DNA from: Chloroflexota bacterium
GTDB lineage: Bacteria; Chloroflexota; Dehalococcoidia; JACPPT01
Direction of reading: 5' to 3'
Assembly: GCA_016190815.1 (NCBI GenBank)
Contig: JACPPT010000063.1
Location: 2,370 to 66,369, forward strand
Length of the DNA: 64,000 bases
Below, piece by piece: positions 16,488-25,004 of the stretch. The notes under the pieces were generated by a model that worked only from the letters and a program-made list of their open reading frames with translations, had not been told where the DNA came from and did not search any database. The position numbers and the translations under genes are program-made. Numbering within the stretch: the first letter of the stretch is position 1; every line of letters starts with the position of its first letter.

Positions 16488-17783
16488 CTACCCCAGCAGC
16501 CTGCCCCAGAGGCCGCCGTCCCCTGCTTCAGATAGAAGCACCGCTGGCATTAGCTGGTTGGATAGCTCTTTTTCGCTTTTGGCAAGAACACGAATGTAGT
16601 TATCAGTTAGTCCTGACCATACCATGGACAGGTCCTGCGTCGTTGAATCCTCCCACAGGACAAGCATAGTTCGGCCCAGAAAACGTTCCCTGAACCTCCT
16701 GCCGCTTTCTTCGGACAGCCTCAGCATCATCTCCATCCTTTCCGTTTTTACACGCTCCGTCACCCCATCCTGCATAGTTGCTGCCCTTGTTCCAGGCCTC
16801 GGGGAGAAGGGAAAAATATGCATGCCCGCAAAGCCTATCTGCCGGCAAAAACGATAGCTCTCCTCGAACTCCTCATCAGTCTCACCAGGGAAACCTACCA
16901 TTACATCGGTGGTAATGGATACGTCCGGAACAGCCTCCCTTAACAGAGCAACAATCCTCTCGTATTCTGAAGTAGTGTAGCGACGCCGCATACGCCGCAG
17001 TACAAAGTCGCTTCCACTCTGGAGCGCCACATGCACGTGCCGGCAGAATCTGGGATTTGACCACAAGGAAAGGAGACCCTGCGTAAGGTCCTGGGGTTGT
17101 ATGGATGAAATTCGAAGCCTCTGCACTTCGGTCTCGTCAAGGATTCGCCAAACTAGATTTTCCAGCCGTCCGTTTTGAGCCGTTCTAGGTTGCTGATCCA
17201 TCCCATAAGAGCCAATCTGAGGCCCTGTCAGCACGACCTCCTTAAACCCTTCTGCAACTCTTGCTCTAACCTCCTCCAGGACTCCGGAAATGGGCAGAGA
17301 GCGCTCCCTCCCGCGGGTCAGTGGGATTACGCAAAATGAACAAAACTGATTACATCCGTCCTGAATCTTGACGAAGGCACGAGTCTTGAAAGACCCGAAT
17401 ACCAGAGTCTCCTGAATCTCGGGGCCACGCCGTGAGAGGAGCGCTTCAATCTTCTCCACCAGCCTCTCCTTGTCCTGATTGCCTATAACCTTGTGAACGC
17501 CCTGGATCTGAGAGAGCTCCCTGGGAGACCGCTCGGCATAGCAGCCCGTGGCAATGACGCAGGCATTGTGGTTGAGCCGATGCGCCCATCTGAGCCAGTG
17601 GCGAGCCTTGCGGTCAGCAATATGCGTAACGGTGCAGGTGTTGAGAATATACACGTCTGCCCTCTCATTTGGGCCAACCAGAACATACCCAGCCTTGGCG
17701 AACCTTCTTGCCAGAGCATCGGATTCAGCCTGGTTGAGCTTGCAGCCGTGGGTGGCTATGGCAACAGTGGGGCTTTGCTTCAT
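16488..17783 (-). CDS. mtaB: MiaB-like methylthiotransferase, MtaB-type (radical SAM)
   Basis: N-terminal THGCKLNQAESD, radical SAM motif CNQFCSFCVIP, and a C-terminal TRAM-like region. Confidence 0.85.
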   Translation of the reverse strand: MKQSPTVAIATHGCKLNQAESDALARRFAKAGYVLVGPNERADVYILNTCTVTHIADRKARHWLRWAHRLNHNACVIATGCYAERSPRELSQIQGVHKVIGNQDKERLVEKIEALLSRRGPEIQETLVFGSFKTRAFVKIQDGCNQFCSFCVIPLTRGRERSLPISGVLEEVRARVAEGFKEVVLTGPQIGSYGMDQQPRTAQNGRLENLVWRILDETEVQRLRISSIQPQDLTQGLLSLWSNPRFCRHVHVALQSGSDFVLRRMRRRYTTSEYERIVALLREAVPDVSITTDVMVGFPGETDEEFEESYRFCRQIGFAGMHIFPFSPRPGTRAATMQDGVTERVKTERMEMMLRLSEESGRRFRERFLGRTMLVLWEDSTTQDLSMVWSGLTDNYIRVLAKSEKELSNQLMPAVLLSEAGDGGLWGRLLG

Positions 17784-17793
17784 ACTCTTGAGT

Positions 17794-18594
17794 CTACCTC
17801 CCTTTGAAAACGGGTGGCCTTCTCTCCCTCCAGGCCACGTGGGCCTCTTTCGTGTCTTCTGTAAGTTCGATGGCCAGCAGTCGGTAGAGGTCAGCCTGGG
17901 CAGCCTCCCTAAGAGTAGAGGCGTCCAGTCCGCTGTTCAAGGACTGCTTGGCAAGTCTTACAGAGATGGGTGGAAGGGAGGCGATCCTGCGCGCGATCTT
18001 TTCCGCAGCAGGCATAAGCTCAGATAGAGGGACGACCTCGCTTACAAGGCCAATCCTTAATGCTTCCCGGGAGTTTATTCTCTGACCGGTGAGGAGCATT
18101 CTCATTGCATTTCCCTTGCCCACAAAACGGGCAAGTCTCAAGGAACCTCCATAGATAGGGATGAGACCCAGAGATGCTTCCGGGTAGCCCATCTCAGCGT
18201 TCTCCGAGGCGATGAGAATATCACAGCACAGGCACACCTGAAACCCGATGCCCAGGGCGTAGCCGTTGATGGCAGCAACAAGAGGCTTGGAGAAGTTAAC
18301 GATGGCGTTCAAATACTCCATACCCTTCGGAGTTATGCTCAAGAGGTGTTCTCCTACAGACTCCACCGCATGCGTCCTGGGGTCAGCTATATCGGCCCCA
18401 GCCGAAAAAGCCCCGGACTCCTGGTTCCCTGTAAGAATCGCCACCAGCACCTCGGGGTCTTCTTCCATAGCAGTAAAGACCTCCCCTACATCCTGGCGCA
18501 TCTTAAAGCTAAAGGCATTCCGGGCCTTCGGCCTGTTAAGGGTAACTATTCCAATACCCTCCTTCTTCTCATAGGTTAGGGTCTCATACGCCAC
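17794..18594 (-). CDS. enoyl-CoA hydratase/isomerase family protein
   Basis: Crotonase fold motifs FSAGADI and INGYALGIG. Start set at GTG 18594, after GGAGGTG. Confidence 0.88.
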   Translation of the reverse strand: MAYETLTYEKKEGIGIVTLNRPKARNAFSFKMRQDVGEVFTAMEEDPEVLVAILTGNQESGAFSAGADIADPRTHAVESVGEHLLSITPKGMEYLNAIVNFSKPLVAAINGYALGIGFQVCLCCDILIASENAEMGYPEASLGLIPIYGGSLRLARFVGKGNAMRMLLTGQRINSREALRIGLVSEVVPLSELMPAAEKIARRIASLPPISVRLAKQSLNSGLDASTLREAAQADLYRLLAIELTEDTKEAHVAWRERRPPVFKGR

Positions 18595-18695
18595 GCTGCA
18601 CCTCCTTAAATCGCTATTTGACCTTAGCCTTTCTGGATGGCGTGTAGTATTATAACTTTGAATCAAAGTATGAATCAATTATCGAGGATAGCAAC

Positions 18696-19331
18696 ATGAA
18701 GGTCTACGATATAAGTGTGCCTATATATCCGGGAATGACCATCTACCCAGGCGATGAACCTGTTTCAATAGCTCCCAGAGCTCAAATAAAGAAAGGCGAT
18801 GCCTACAATACTTCCCACTTGAGCCTCGGCTCCCACACCGGGACACACATAGATGCACCACACCACTTCTTTGAGGGCGCCAAAGGGGTGGACGAACTTC
18901 CCCTGAACATCCTTTTGGGGAAAGCATGGGTCTGCGAGGTAAAAAACCCCAGGGGCATAACTGCGTCAACCCTATCGAGAGCAGGCATTCCACAGGGAAC
19001 CTCGAGGCTCCTCCTAAAGACAAGGAACTCTCTCCTCTGGAGCAATCGAGAGTTCCAGAAGGACTACGTTTATTTACGGCCGGCTGCCGCCCGATGGCTC
19101 GTGGAGCGAGGTGTCAGGCTCGTGGGCATAGACTACCTATCCCTCGAAAGGTTCGGCTCCAGGATTTCAGCAGCTCACCTGACCCTGCTCAAGGCAGGGG
19201 CGATTATTGTAGAGGGGCTGAACCTGAAAGACATACGGCCCGGTGAGTATACCCTGGTTTGCCTTCCCCTGAAGATAGTGGGCTGCGATGGAGCGCCGGC
19301 CAGGGCTGCGCTCATCGACGAAAAGGAGTAA
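18696..19331 (+). CDS. cyclase family protein (kynurenine formamidase-like)
   Basis: HTGTHIDAPHHF metal-binding motif. Confidence 0.8.
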   Translation: MKVYDISVPIYPGMTIYPGDEPVSIAPRAQIKKGDAYNTSHLSLGSHTGTHIDAPHHFFEGAKGVDELPLNILLGKAWVCEVKNPRGITASTLSRAGIPQGTSRLLLKTRNSLLWSNREFQKDYVYLRPAAARWLVERGVRLVGIDYLSLERFGSRISAAHLTLLKAGAIIVEGLNLKDIRPGEYTLVCLPLKIVGCDGAPARAALIDEKE

Positions 19332-19334
19332 TTT

Positions 19335-21113
19335 ATGAAAGAACTGCGAAGCCAAAAGTTCCGTATCCTGAACCCCGAGGCCGACCCTCTGCGCCTGGCC
19401 TGCGGCTGGACAAGGGGGGATCTGGCGAAGCCATATGTTCTTGTGGAAACGGTGGGGGGCGATTCCCATCCCTCAAGCGTGCACTTGCGGGAGCTGGCAT
19501 CTCATGTCCGAGACGGGATTACGGAGGCCGGCGGCGCTCCCGCCCTCTATCACTGCACCGACCTCTGCGATGGTATCCTTCAGGGGACGCCTGCTATGCG
19601 CCTCTCGCTGCCCTCCCGAGAGGTCATCACCATGGCCACGGAGATGCACGCCATCGGTGGCCACTTCGATGGACTTGTTGTTATCTCCAGCTCCGATAAG
19701 GCTGTACCTGGGCACCTCATAGCCCTGGCCCGCCTGGGTCTACCCTCTATAATTGTGCCTGGAGGGACTATGGAGGCAGGCCCTGCAAGCCCTTCCATCC
19801 CACACCCTGGAATGAGCCTTGAGCAGGTTGGAACTATCCACGCTGAGTTGAAAAGGGGAAAGGTTGAGAAGGAGGAATATGAATTCCTCAGAGAACATGC
19901 CTGCCCCAGCAAAGGGTGCTGCACCTTTATGGGAACGGCCTGCACAATGCAGGCCATGGCCGAGGCCCTGGGCCTCGCCCTTCCTGGCTCAGCGCTGCGC
20001 CCCCCTCACCTTTTCGCCATGGAGAGGGGGTGTAGGGAGGCGGGGAACCAAATACTGAGACTCATATCCAAAAATATAACAGCAAAGGACATCCTCACTC
20101 AGAAGGCCATGGAAAACGCCATCACCGTTCATGCCGCCATAGGCGGCTCCACCAACGTGATGCTGCACCTCCCAGCCATTGCCAGAGAGGTGGGCATCCC
20201 ATTTGACTGGGACAAGGTGCAGGAGATAAACAAACGCACACCATTCATTGTCAATGTACGGCCATCAGGCGATCATGCCTCCCATCACCTGTGGTATGCC
20301 GGCGGCATCCCACGAGTCATGCTGGAGATTCGACACCTCCTCCATCTGGATGCTCTCACCGTTACGGGCAAGACCGTTGGGGAAAATCTGGAGTATCTCG
20401 AAAGGACAGGTTGGTTCGAAAAGATGCCCAGGTTCCTGGCCAATTTTGGGCTTAATCTGCGAGACGTCGTTTGTGCACCATCGGGGCCTTTGGACAAACG
20501 CGGCGCTATCGTCGTACTCAAAGGGAATCTGTCGCCTGAAGGCGCTGTGGCCAAGCGCTCCGCCATTGACCCATCTATGTTCGAGTTTGTGGGAAGAGCG
20601 AAGGTCTTCGATAGCCAGGAAGAAGCCCTGAAGGCCATATTTGAGGGAGGTGTATCGCCGGGCGATGCCCTGGTCATCCGCTATGAAGGCCCTAGAGCAA
20701 CAGGGATGCCTGAGCAGTTCTATGTAACCGAGGCCATTGCTTCGGATGCTACTCTCAATAAGAGCGTTGCTCTCATCACAGACGGCCGCTTCTCCGGCGG
20801 CTCCCGAGGACCTTGCATCGGGCACGTTTCCCCGGAGGCTGCCGCTGGGGGGCCTATAGCCCTTATCGAGAAGGACGACCTGATTCATATAGACCTGAAC
20901 AGGGGGAGACTGGAGCTTGTAGGGACGAAAGGCAAAAAGCTTCCCCCCACCCAGATTAAGGTCGTTCTCGAAAGCAGGGCAAAGAGGTGGAAACCAAAGA
21001 TCGCCAAACCAGAGGGGGGTCTCCTGGGCTTATACACCAGTCTAGCATCTCCCGCCAGCGAGGGTGCTCTCATGTCGTTCCGCAAGGAAACATCAGGGGT
21101 GAGAAATGCCTGA
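19335..21113 (+). CDS. IlvD/Edd-family dehydratase (dihydroxy-acid or sugar-acid dehydratase)
   Basis: About 590 aa with IlvD/Edd motifs (CDGI.QG, SDKAVPG, TDGRFSGG). Substrate is not assignable from sequence alone. Confidence 0.88.
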   Translation: MKELRSQKFRILNPEADPLRLACGWTRGDLAKPYVLVETVGGDSHPSSVHLRELASHVRDGITEAGGAPALYHCTDLCDGILQGTPAMRLSLPSREVITMATEMHAIGGHFDGLVVISSSDKAVPGHLIALARLGLPSIIVPGGTMEAGPASPSIPHPGMSLEQVGTIHAELKRGKVEKEEYEFLREHACPSKGCCTFMGTACTMQAMAEALGLALPGSALRPPHLFAMERGCREAGNQILRLISKNITAKDILTQKAMENAITVHAAIGGSTNVMLHLPAIAREVGIPFDWDKVQEINKRTPFIVNVRPSGDHASHHLWYAGGIPRVMLEIRHLLHLDALTVTGKTVGENLEYLERTGWFEKMPRFLANFGLNLRDVVCAPSGPLDKRGAIVVLKGNLSPEGAVAKRSAIDPSMFEFVGRAKVFDSQEEALKAIFEGGVSPGDALVIRYEGPRATGMPEQFYVTEAIASDATLNKSVALITDGRFSGGSRGPCIGHVSPEAAAGGPIALIEKDDLIHIDLNRGRLELVGTKGKKLPPTQIKVVLESRAKRWKPKIAKPEGGLLGLYTSLASPASEGALMSFRKETSGVRNA

Positions 21114-22041
21114 CATCCTCTCCGTAGGCGAGTGCATGGTGGAGCTATACGCGGAGGAACCTATAGCCCAGGCAAAGGTGCTCTATAAAACCTATGGTGG
21201 AGACACCCTCAATATGCTGGTGGCCGCCAGTCGCCTGGGATCCTCGACGGGTTATATGACCAGAGTTGGAGACGACCCATTTGCGCCCTTCCTCATATCG
21301 GCTTGGCAAGCAGAAGATATCGACACCTCCCATGTAAAGGTTGTGTCAGGACAGAACGGCCTATATATCATAGACTCCGGGCCTGGCGGCAGGAGGGAGT
21401 TCATTTACTACAGAAAAGGAAGCGCCGCCAGCACCCTTAACAAAGCTGACCTGGACGAGAGCTACATAGCAGAGGCTAAGATACTCCACTTCAGCGCCAT
21501 AACCCAGGCCATCTCGCCCAGCGCCAGGGAAACAGCGCTGGCAGCCGCAAAGCTCGCCCGAAAGCACAAGGCTCTTGTCTCCTATGACCCCAACCTCCGT
21601 CTCCGCCTATGGTCGCTTGAGGAGGCTCGAAATGCACTGGAGGAGGTCTTGCCCTACATAGATATTATCCTTCCTAGCGCTCCGGAGGAGACAGAAAAGC
21701 TCATAGGAGCAACCTCACCTGAGAAAGCAGTTGAGCTGTTATTCCAGAGAGGTATATCTACAGTAGCTGTAAAGATGGGCGAAAGAGGCTGCATCGTGGG
21801 CGCTGAGGGGAAGGTCTTTCACTTGCCCTCCGTCTCACCGGCAGGTGTGGTGGACACCACGGGGGCCGGCGACGCCTTTGACGGCGGATTTCTCCACGGC
21901 ATCTGTCAGGGGTTAGCCCCCAAAGAGGCCGCCAAAATAGGCATTGTCGCCAGCGGGTTCAAGATAGGGCAAAGAGGCGCAATAGCAGGACTCCCCAGGA
22001 AAGAAACCGTAGAGGAATTTCTGCGCAAGAATAGGTCTTGA
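21106..22041 (+). CDS. PfkB-family sugar kinase (2-dehydro-3-deoxygluconokinase-like)
   Basis: C-terminal DTTGAGDAF motif. Overlaps the dehydratase stop by 8 nt. Confidence 0.88.
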   Translation: MPDILSVGECMVELYAEEPIAQAKVLYKTYGGDTLNMLVAASRLGSSTGYMTRVGDDPFAPFLISAWQAEDIDTSHVKVVSGQNGLYIIDSGPGGRREFIYYRKGSAASTLNKADLDESYIAEAKILHFSAITQAISPSARETALAAAKLARKHKALVSYDPNLRLRLWSLEEARNALEEVLPYIDIILPSAPEETEKLIGATSPEKAVELLFQRGISTVAVKMGERGCIVGAEGKVFHLPSVSPAGVVDTTGAGDAFDGGFLHGICQGLAPKEAAKIGIVASGFKIGQRGAIAGLPRKETVEEFLRKNRS

Positions 22042-22063
22042 GAGTATTCGTAGTGACCCGCCA

Positions 22064-22103
22064 GGCTTCGCCCTGAAGGGCTCAAGCCCGAAGGGTCGAA
22101 GCC
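22064..22103. repeat. GC-rich hairpin module (family 4), free-standing copy
   Basis: GGCTTCG...CGAAGCC outer stem. The core GCTTCGCCCTGAAGGGCTCAAGCCCGAAGG is 28/30 identical to 35171-35200. Confidence 0.55.
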
Positions 22104-22134
22104 ACCTCACACACACGCATCACTCGTATCCGGG

Positions 22135-22205
22135 AGGAAGTCAATAGCTTCAACGGCGAATCTGGCGAGCTTCCAGAGAATTCGTTTGTGCCAGATCGCT
22201 TGACC
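22135..22205. repeat. 71-bp direct repeat, left copy (upstream of the TA cassette)
   Basis: 41/46 identity to 22995-23065 over the first 46 bp and 53/71 overall. Both copies end in a TTGAC(C/T) -35-like hexamer. Confidence 0.65.
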
Positions 22206-22229
22206 AGCTACAGATGGCGATGTTATAGT
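22200..22229 (+). promoter_or_regulatory. candidate promoter of the TA operon (TTGACC-18-TATAGT)
   Basis: TTGACC at 22200-22205, 18-nt spacer, TATAGT at 22224-22229. Confidence 0.4.
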
Positions 22230-22333
22230 TACTATTAGTAGAGACAGCCAGGGGGTATGCAAATGGTTATAAGACTGAAGAAAAGGGACAATGAGATAAG
22301 CTGCCAGCTTAGAGCGCCAAGGGGGCGTTAGTC

Positions 22334-22573
22334 ATGAAAACTTTGAAGCTAAACTTTACAGTTCCTGAAGACGTAGCTGAGGCGTTGAAGGCTCGCGTCA
22401 GCAAACGCAAGCGCAGCGCCTTCGTTGCTGCGGCCGTTCTCGACAAGCTGAAGGAGCTTGAACAGGAACAGCTCAGACAATCGCTTGTGGAAGGTTACCA
22501 GGCAAGGCGAGAAGAGGATGCTGAGGTCGACCAGGAATGGGAGGGGGCTACGCTGGGGGGATGGCCACGATGA
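22334..22573 (+). CDS. type II antitoxin, ribbon-helix-helix type
   Basis: 79 aa with an N-terminal beta-strand plus helices (LNFTVPEDVAEALKARV..RSAFVAAAVLDKL). Lies immediately upstream of the MazF-family toxin. Confidence 0.7.
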   Translation: MKTLKLNFTVPEDVAEALKARVSKRKRSAFVAAAVLDKLKELEQEQLRQSLVEGYQARREEDAEVDQEWEGATLGGWPR

Positions 22574-22591
22574 CATGGATGGAAGGCAACC

Positions 22592-22972
22592 ATGTCCCAG
22601 CGTGAGCCAAAGCCCATCCCTGAGAGAGATTTCCCCCGATATGGAGACATTTACGAGGTGAACCTTGACCCTGTTGTTGGGTCTGAAACTGGTAAGCGTC
22701 GGCCGGCGCTGGTCGTTTCCAACGACATCAACAATGAGTACTCCCAGACCGTTACCGTCCTTCCCATTACAGGACAGCCTGCCAGGAAACAGTACCCTTT
22801 CGAGGTTCTCGTTCCCAAAGGCGTTGCAGGGCTTACCGCAGATTCCCGGATAAAGGCCAATCAGGTCCGAACCGTAGATAAGCGTCGCCTGGACAGCTTC
22901 AGAGGCTCATTGCCCTCACAATACCTTCCCCAAGTGGAGAAGGCGCTGAAAATTCACCTGAATATGAAATAG
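22592..22972 (+). CDS. mazF: PemK/MazF-family endoribonuclease toxin
   Basis: GDIYEVNLDPVVGSETGKRRPALVVSND...VTVLPITG is the canonical MazF/PemK core. Confidence 0.88.
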   Translation: MSQREPKPIPERDFPRYGDIYEVNLDPVVGSETGKRRPALVVSNDINNEYSQTVTVLPITGQPARKQYPFEVLVPKGVAGLTADSRIKANQVRTVDKRRLDSFRGSLPSQYLPQVEKALKIHLNMK

Positions 22973-22994
22973 CCGGATAAGTGCGTCTTCTCAC

Positions 22995-23065
22995 AGGAAG
23001 TCAATACATTCAACGGCGAATCTGCGGAGCTTCCAGAAAACCATCTTATGGCGCGAGGCTTGACT
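22995..23065. repeat. 71-bp direct repeat, right copy (downstream of the TA cassette)
   Basis: See 22135-22205. The two copies are 860 bp apart and enclose only the antitoxin/toxin pair. Confidence 0.65.
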
Positions 23066-23113
23066 TTTTGCGGGGGGGGGTAGACTGAGGCCATCAAAGG
23101 CGGAGGTGAAACA

Positions 23114-23359
23114 ATGGCAGACCTAAAGGAAAAAACCAAGATGGAAGGAGCCTCACCCAAGTCAAGGTTGGCTACTACTCTCTTTGCTGCATTTCTGGGG
23201 GCACTTGGTGTTCACCGCTTCTATCTAGGCAAGATCGGCACAGGGATACTCATGCTTGTCACTTTGGGTGGACTGGGAATCTGGGCGCTTATAGACTCCA
23301 TCATAGCCGTTTCTGGCAACATGAGAGATAAAGACGGGAAGCGTATACTGAACTGGTAA
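23114..23359 (+). CDS. TM2 domain-containing membrane protein
   Basis: FLGALGVHRFYLGKIGTGILML...GIWALIDSI TM2 signature. GGCGGAGGTG precedes the ATG. Confidence 0.85.
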   Translation: MADLKEKTKMEGASPKSRLATTLFAAFLGALGVHRFYLGKIGTGILMLVTLGGLGIWALIDSIIAVSGNMRDKDGKRILNW

Positions 23360-23554
23360 AAGGGCACCCACAACGGCAAGTACTAGCCGTGGGAGGAGCT
23401 TTCCGGAGACTCCTTCGTGGACTCCTTTATCGGAAAGCCAGCGGTGGTTTAGTGTGGTCGAGATCCTCCATCAGGGTAGATAATACCTGCAAACGTAGGC
23501 CATTGGCAGATGCTACGCATTAATTCCCACCCACCCTGGAACGTCTTCCAAACA

Positions 23555-23592
23555 ATATTGCCCCTTTAACCTCAACGTTAAAGGGGCAATAT
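23555..23592. other. perfect 16-bp inverted repeat with 6-nt loop
   Basis: ATATTGCCCCTTTAAC-ctcaac-GTTAAAGGGGCAATAT, located in a 424-bp ORF-free gap. Confidence 0.6.
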
Positions 23593-23689
23593 CACCTCTG
23601 GAGTCCCGGAGGACTCGGCGCCAAGCTACTAATCACTTCTACCAAATATGACCACAGCTTAGGCAAAAGGGCAATGATTCGGGTTTTGT

Positions 23690-23732
23690 TAACAAAAATA
23701 AAATGGGCGGGCTGTTTTTCCCCGTCCATTTT
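23690..23732 (-). terminator. rho-independent terminator after the ACR3 gene
   Basis: On the minus strand: AAAATGGACGGG-gaaaaacag-CCCGCCCATTTT (11/12 pairs), followed by ATTTTTGTT. Confidence 0.6.
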
Positions 23733-23783
23733 ACGTGGCTCCATGACAGCGCACCAGTTCCTGCTCAATACAGGCTCTACTCG

Positions 23784-24899
23784 TTAGACAGGCCGCATGG
23801 CCCGCAGCAGTTGTTCCGCCTCGGGGCAACATCCCGGCGCAGGTACAGGACAGGTGGCAGTGGTGTGGAAGAGGTTACGGCGTGTAGCACGGGCCAGCGC
23901 CACCAGGGAGAGCATAGCCGGCACCTCTATGAGTGGCCCCACCACCGTGGCCAGGGCCACCAGCGGATTGAAGGCGGTAATAGCGATGGCAATAGCTATC
24001 TCGAAATCGCGGCCAGCGCCATTAAACGCGCAGGCAACGGCGTCTTCGAAGCTGAACCCCAACCGCCAACCAAGGAAATAGAGAGTGTTGAAGGTGATAA
24101 CGAAAAACAGGGTGATAGGCACAGCTATCTTAAGAATCATAAGCGGGGTCTCCACAATGGCATCACCCTTGAGGCCAAACATTACCACAAGAGTGAAAAG
24201 AAGCCCTACTATGGACAGGGTGTGGAGAACCTGGCGGAACTGCTCGAAGCGGGCCTCTCCCAGACGGGAGATGCCGATGCGCCGGGTAAGGAATCCCATG
24301 ACCAGGGGCAGCCCCAAGTAGAGGGCTACACTCTCCGCCACCAGCCAGACATCGAAGGGTACGCTCCCCAGGAGCAACTTCGTATATACCGGCAAGAGGA
24401 GCATCTGAAGGACAGAGTTGTAGGCTACCAAGGCCAGTGCCAGGCCAACATTCCCTTGGGCCAGATAGGTGAAGACGATGACCATGGCTATACAGGGAGC
24501 GATGCCATAAAGCACCAGCCCTGTGTAGAAGTCCGGGTCTCCAGAAAGGAATAGCTTAGCCAGAGCCCACATCAAGAAAGGCCAGATAGCAAAGTTGAAG
24601 AAGACCACCACCAGGAGTTGCCTGGGGGACCGGAAAGCCTTGCCCAGTTCCTCGAAGCGGACGTTGGTCATGGATGGGTACATCATCAGGAACAACCCTA
24701 CGACCACGCCCAGAGCCAAGCTATTGCCAATGGTGAACTCATAGCTGCCTCGGAGAATGGCTGTAATAGCCGTAATAGGCGGGGTAAGCTCGTACTGAGA
24801 GATACCGAACGCCTTCCCGATGAGTATCCCCATCACCATGCTGAAGGCAACAAAAAAGGGCAGCAAACGATGATCATGAAGACGCAGGAGCCATTTCAT
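23784..24899 (-). CDS. acr3: ACR3-family arsenite efflux transporter
   Basis: Ten-TM BART-superfamily layout with an RDFEIAIAIAITAF motif typical of ACR3. Has an extra Cys-rich C-terminal tail. Confidence 0.88.
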   Translation of the reverse strand: MKWLLRLHDHRLLPFFVAFSMVMGILIGKAFGISQYELTPPITAITAILRGSYEFTIGNSLALGVVVGLFLMMYPSMTNVRFEELGKAFRSPRQLLVVVFFNFAIWPFLMWALAKLFLSGDPDFYTGLVLYGIAPCIAMVIVFTYLAQGNVGLALALVAYNSVLQMLLLPVYTKLLLGSVPFDVWLVAESVALYLGLPLVMGFLTRRIGISRLGEARFEQFRQVLHTLSIVGLLFTLVVMFGLKGDAIVETPLMILKIAVPITLFFVITFNTLYFLGWRLGFSFEDAVACAFNGAGRDFEIAIAIAITAFNPLVALATVVGPLIEVPAMLSLVALARATRRNLFHTTATCPVPAPGCCPEAEQLLRAMRPV

Positions 24900-25004
24900 G
24901 CTGACCCCTTCATTCGAGGGTTCTCAGGTTTCTCACTTCGACTGAGGCCATATGTGGGCTGTTTGAAATGGTAAATCCGGCTCTACAAAGTTTATGCCTT
25001 TGAG

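Noticed and set aside
22135-23065. Integron attC / gene-cassette interpretation of the repeats flanking mazEF
   Set aside because: The repeats lack the RYYYAAC...GTTRRRY core-site pairs. They are direct rather than imperfectly palindromic attC-like structures. No integrase is nearby.
23703-24554. 283-aa plus-strand ORF
   Set aside because: It is antisense to a clearly recognisable ACR3 transporter. Its product is low-complexity (Gly/Arg/His-rich) with no motif.
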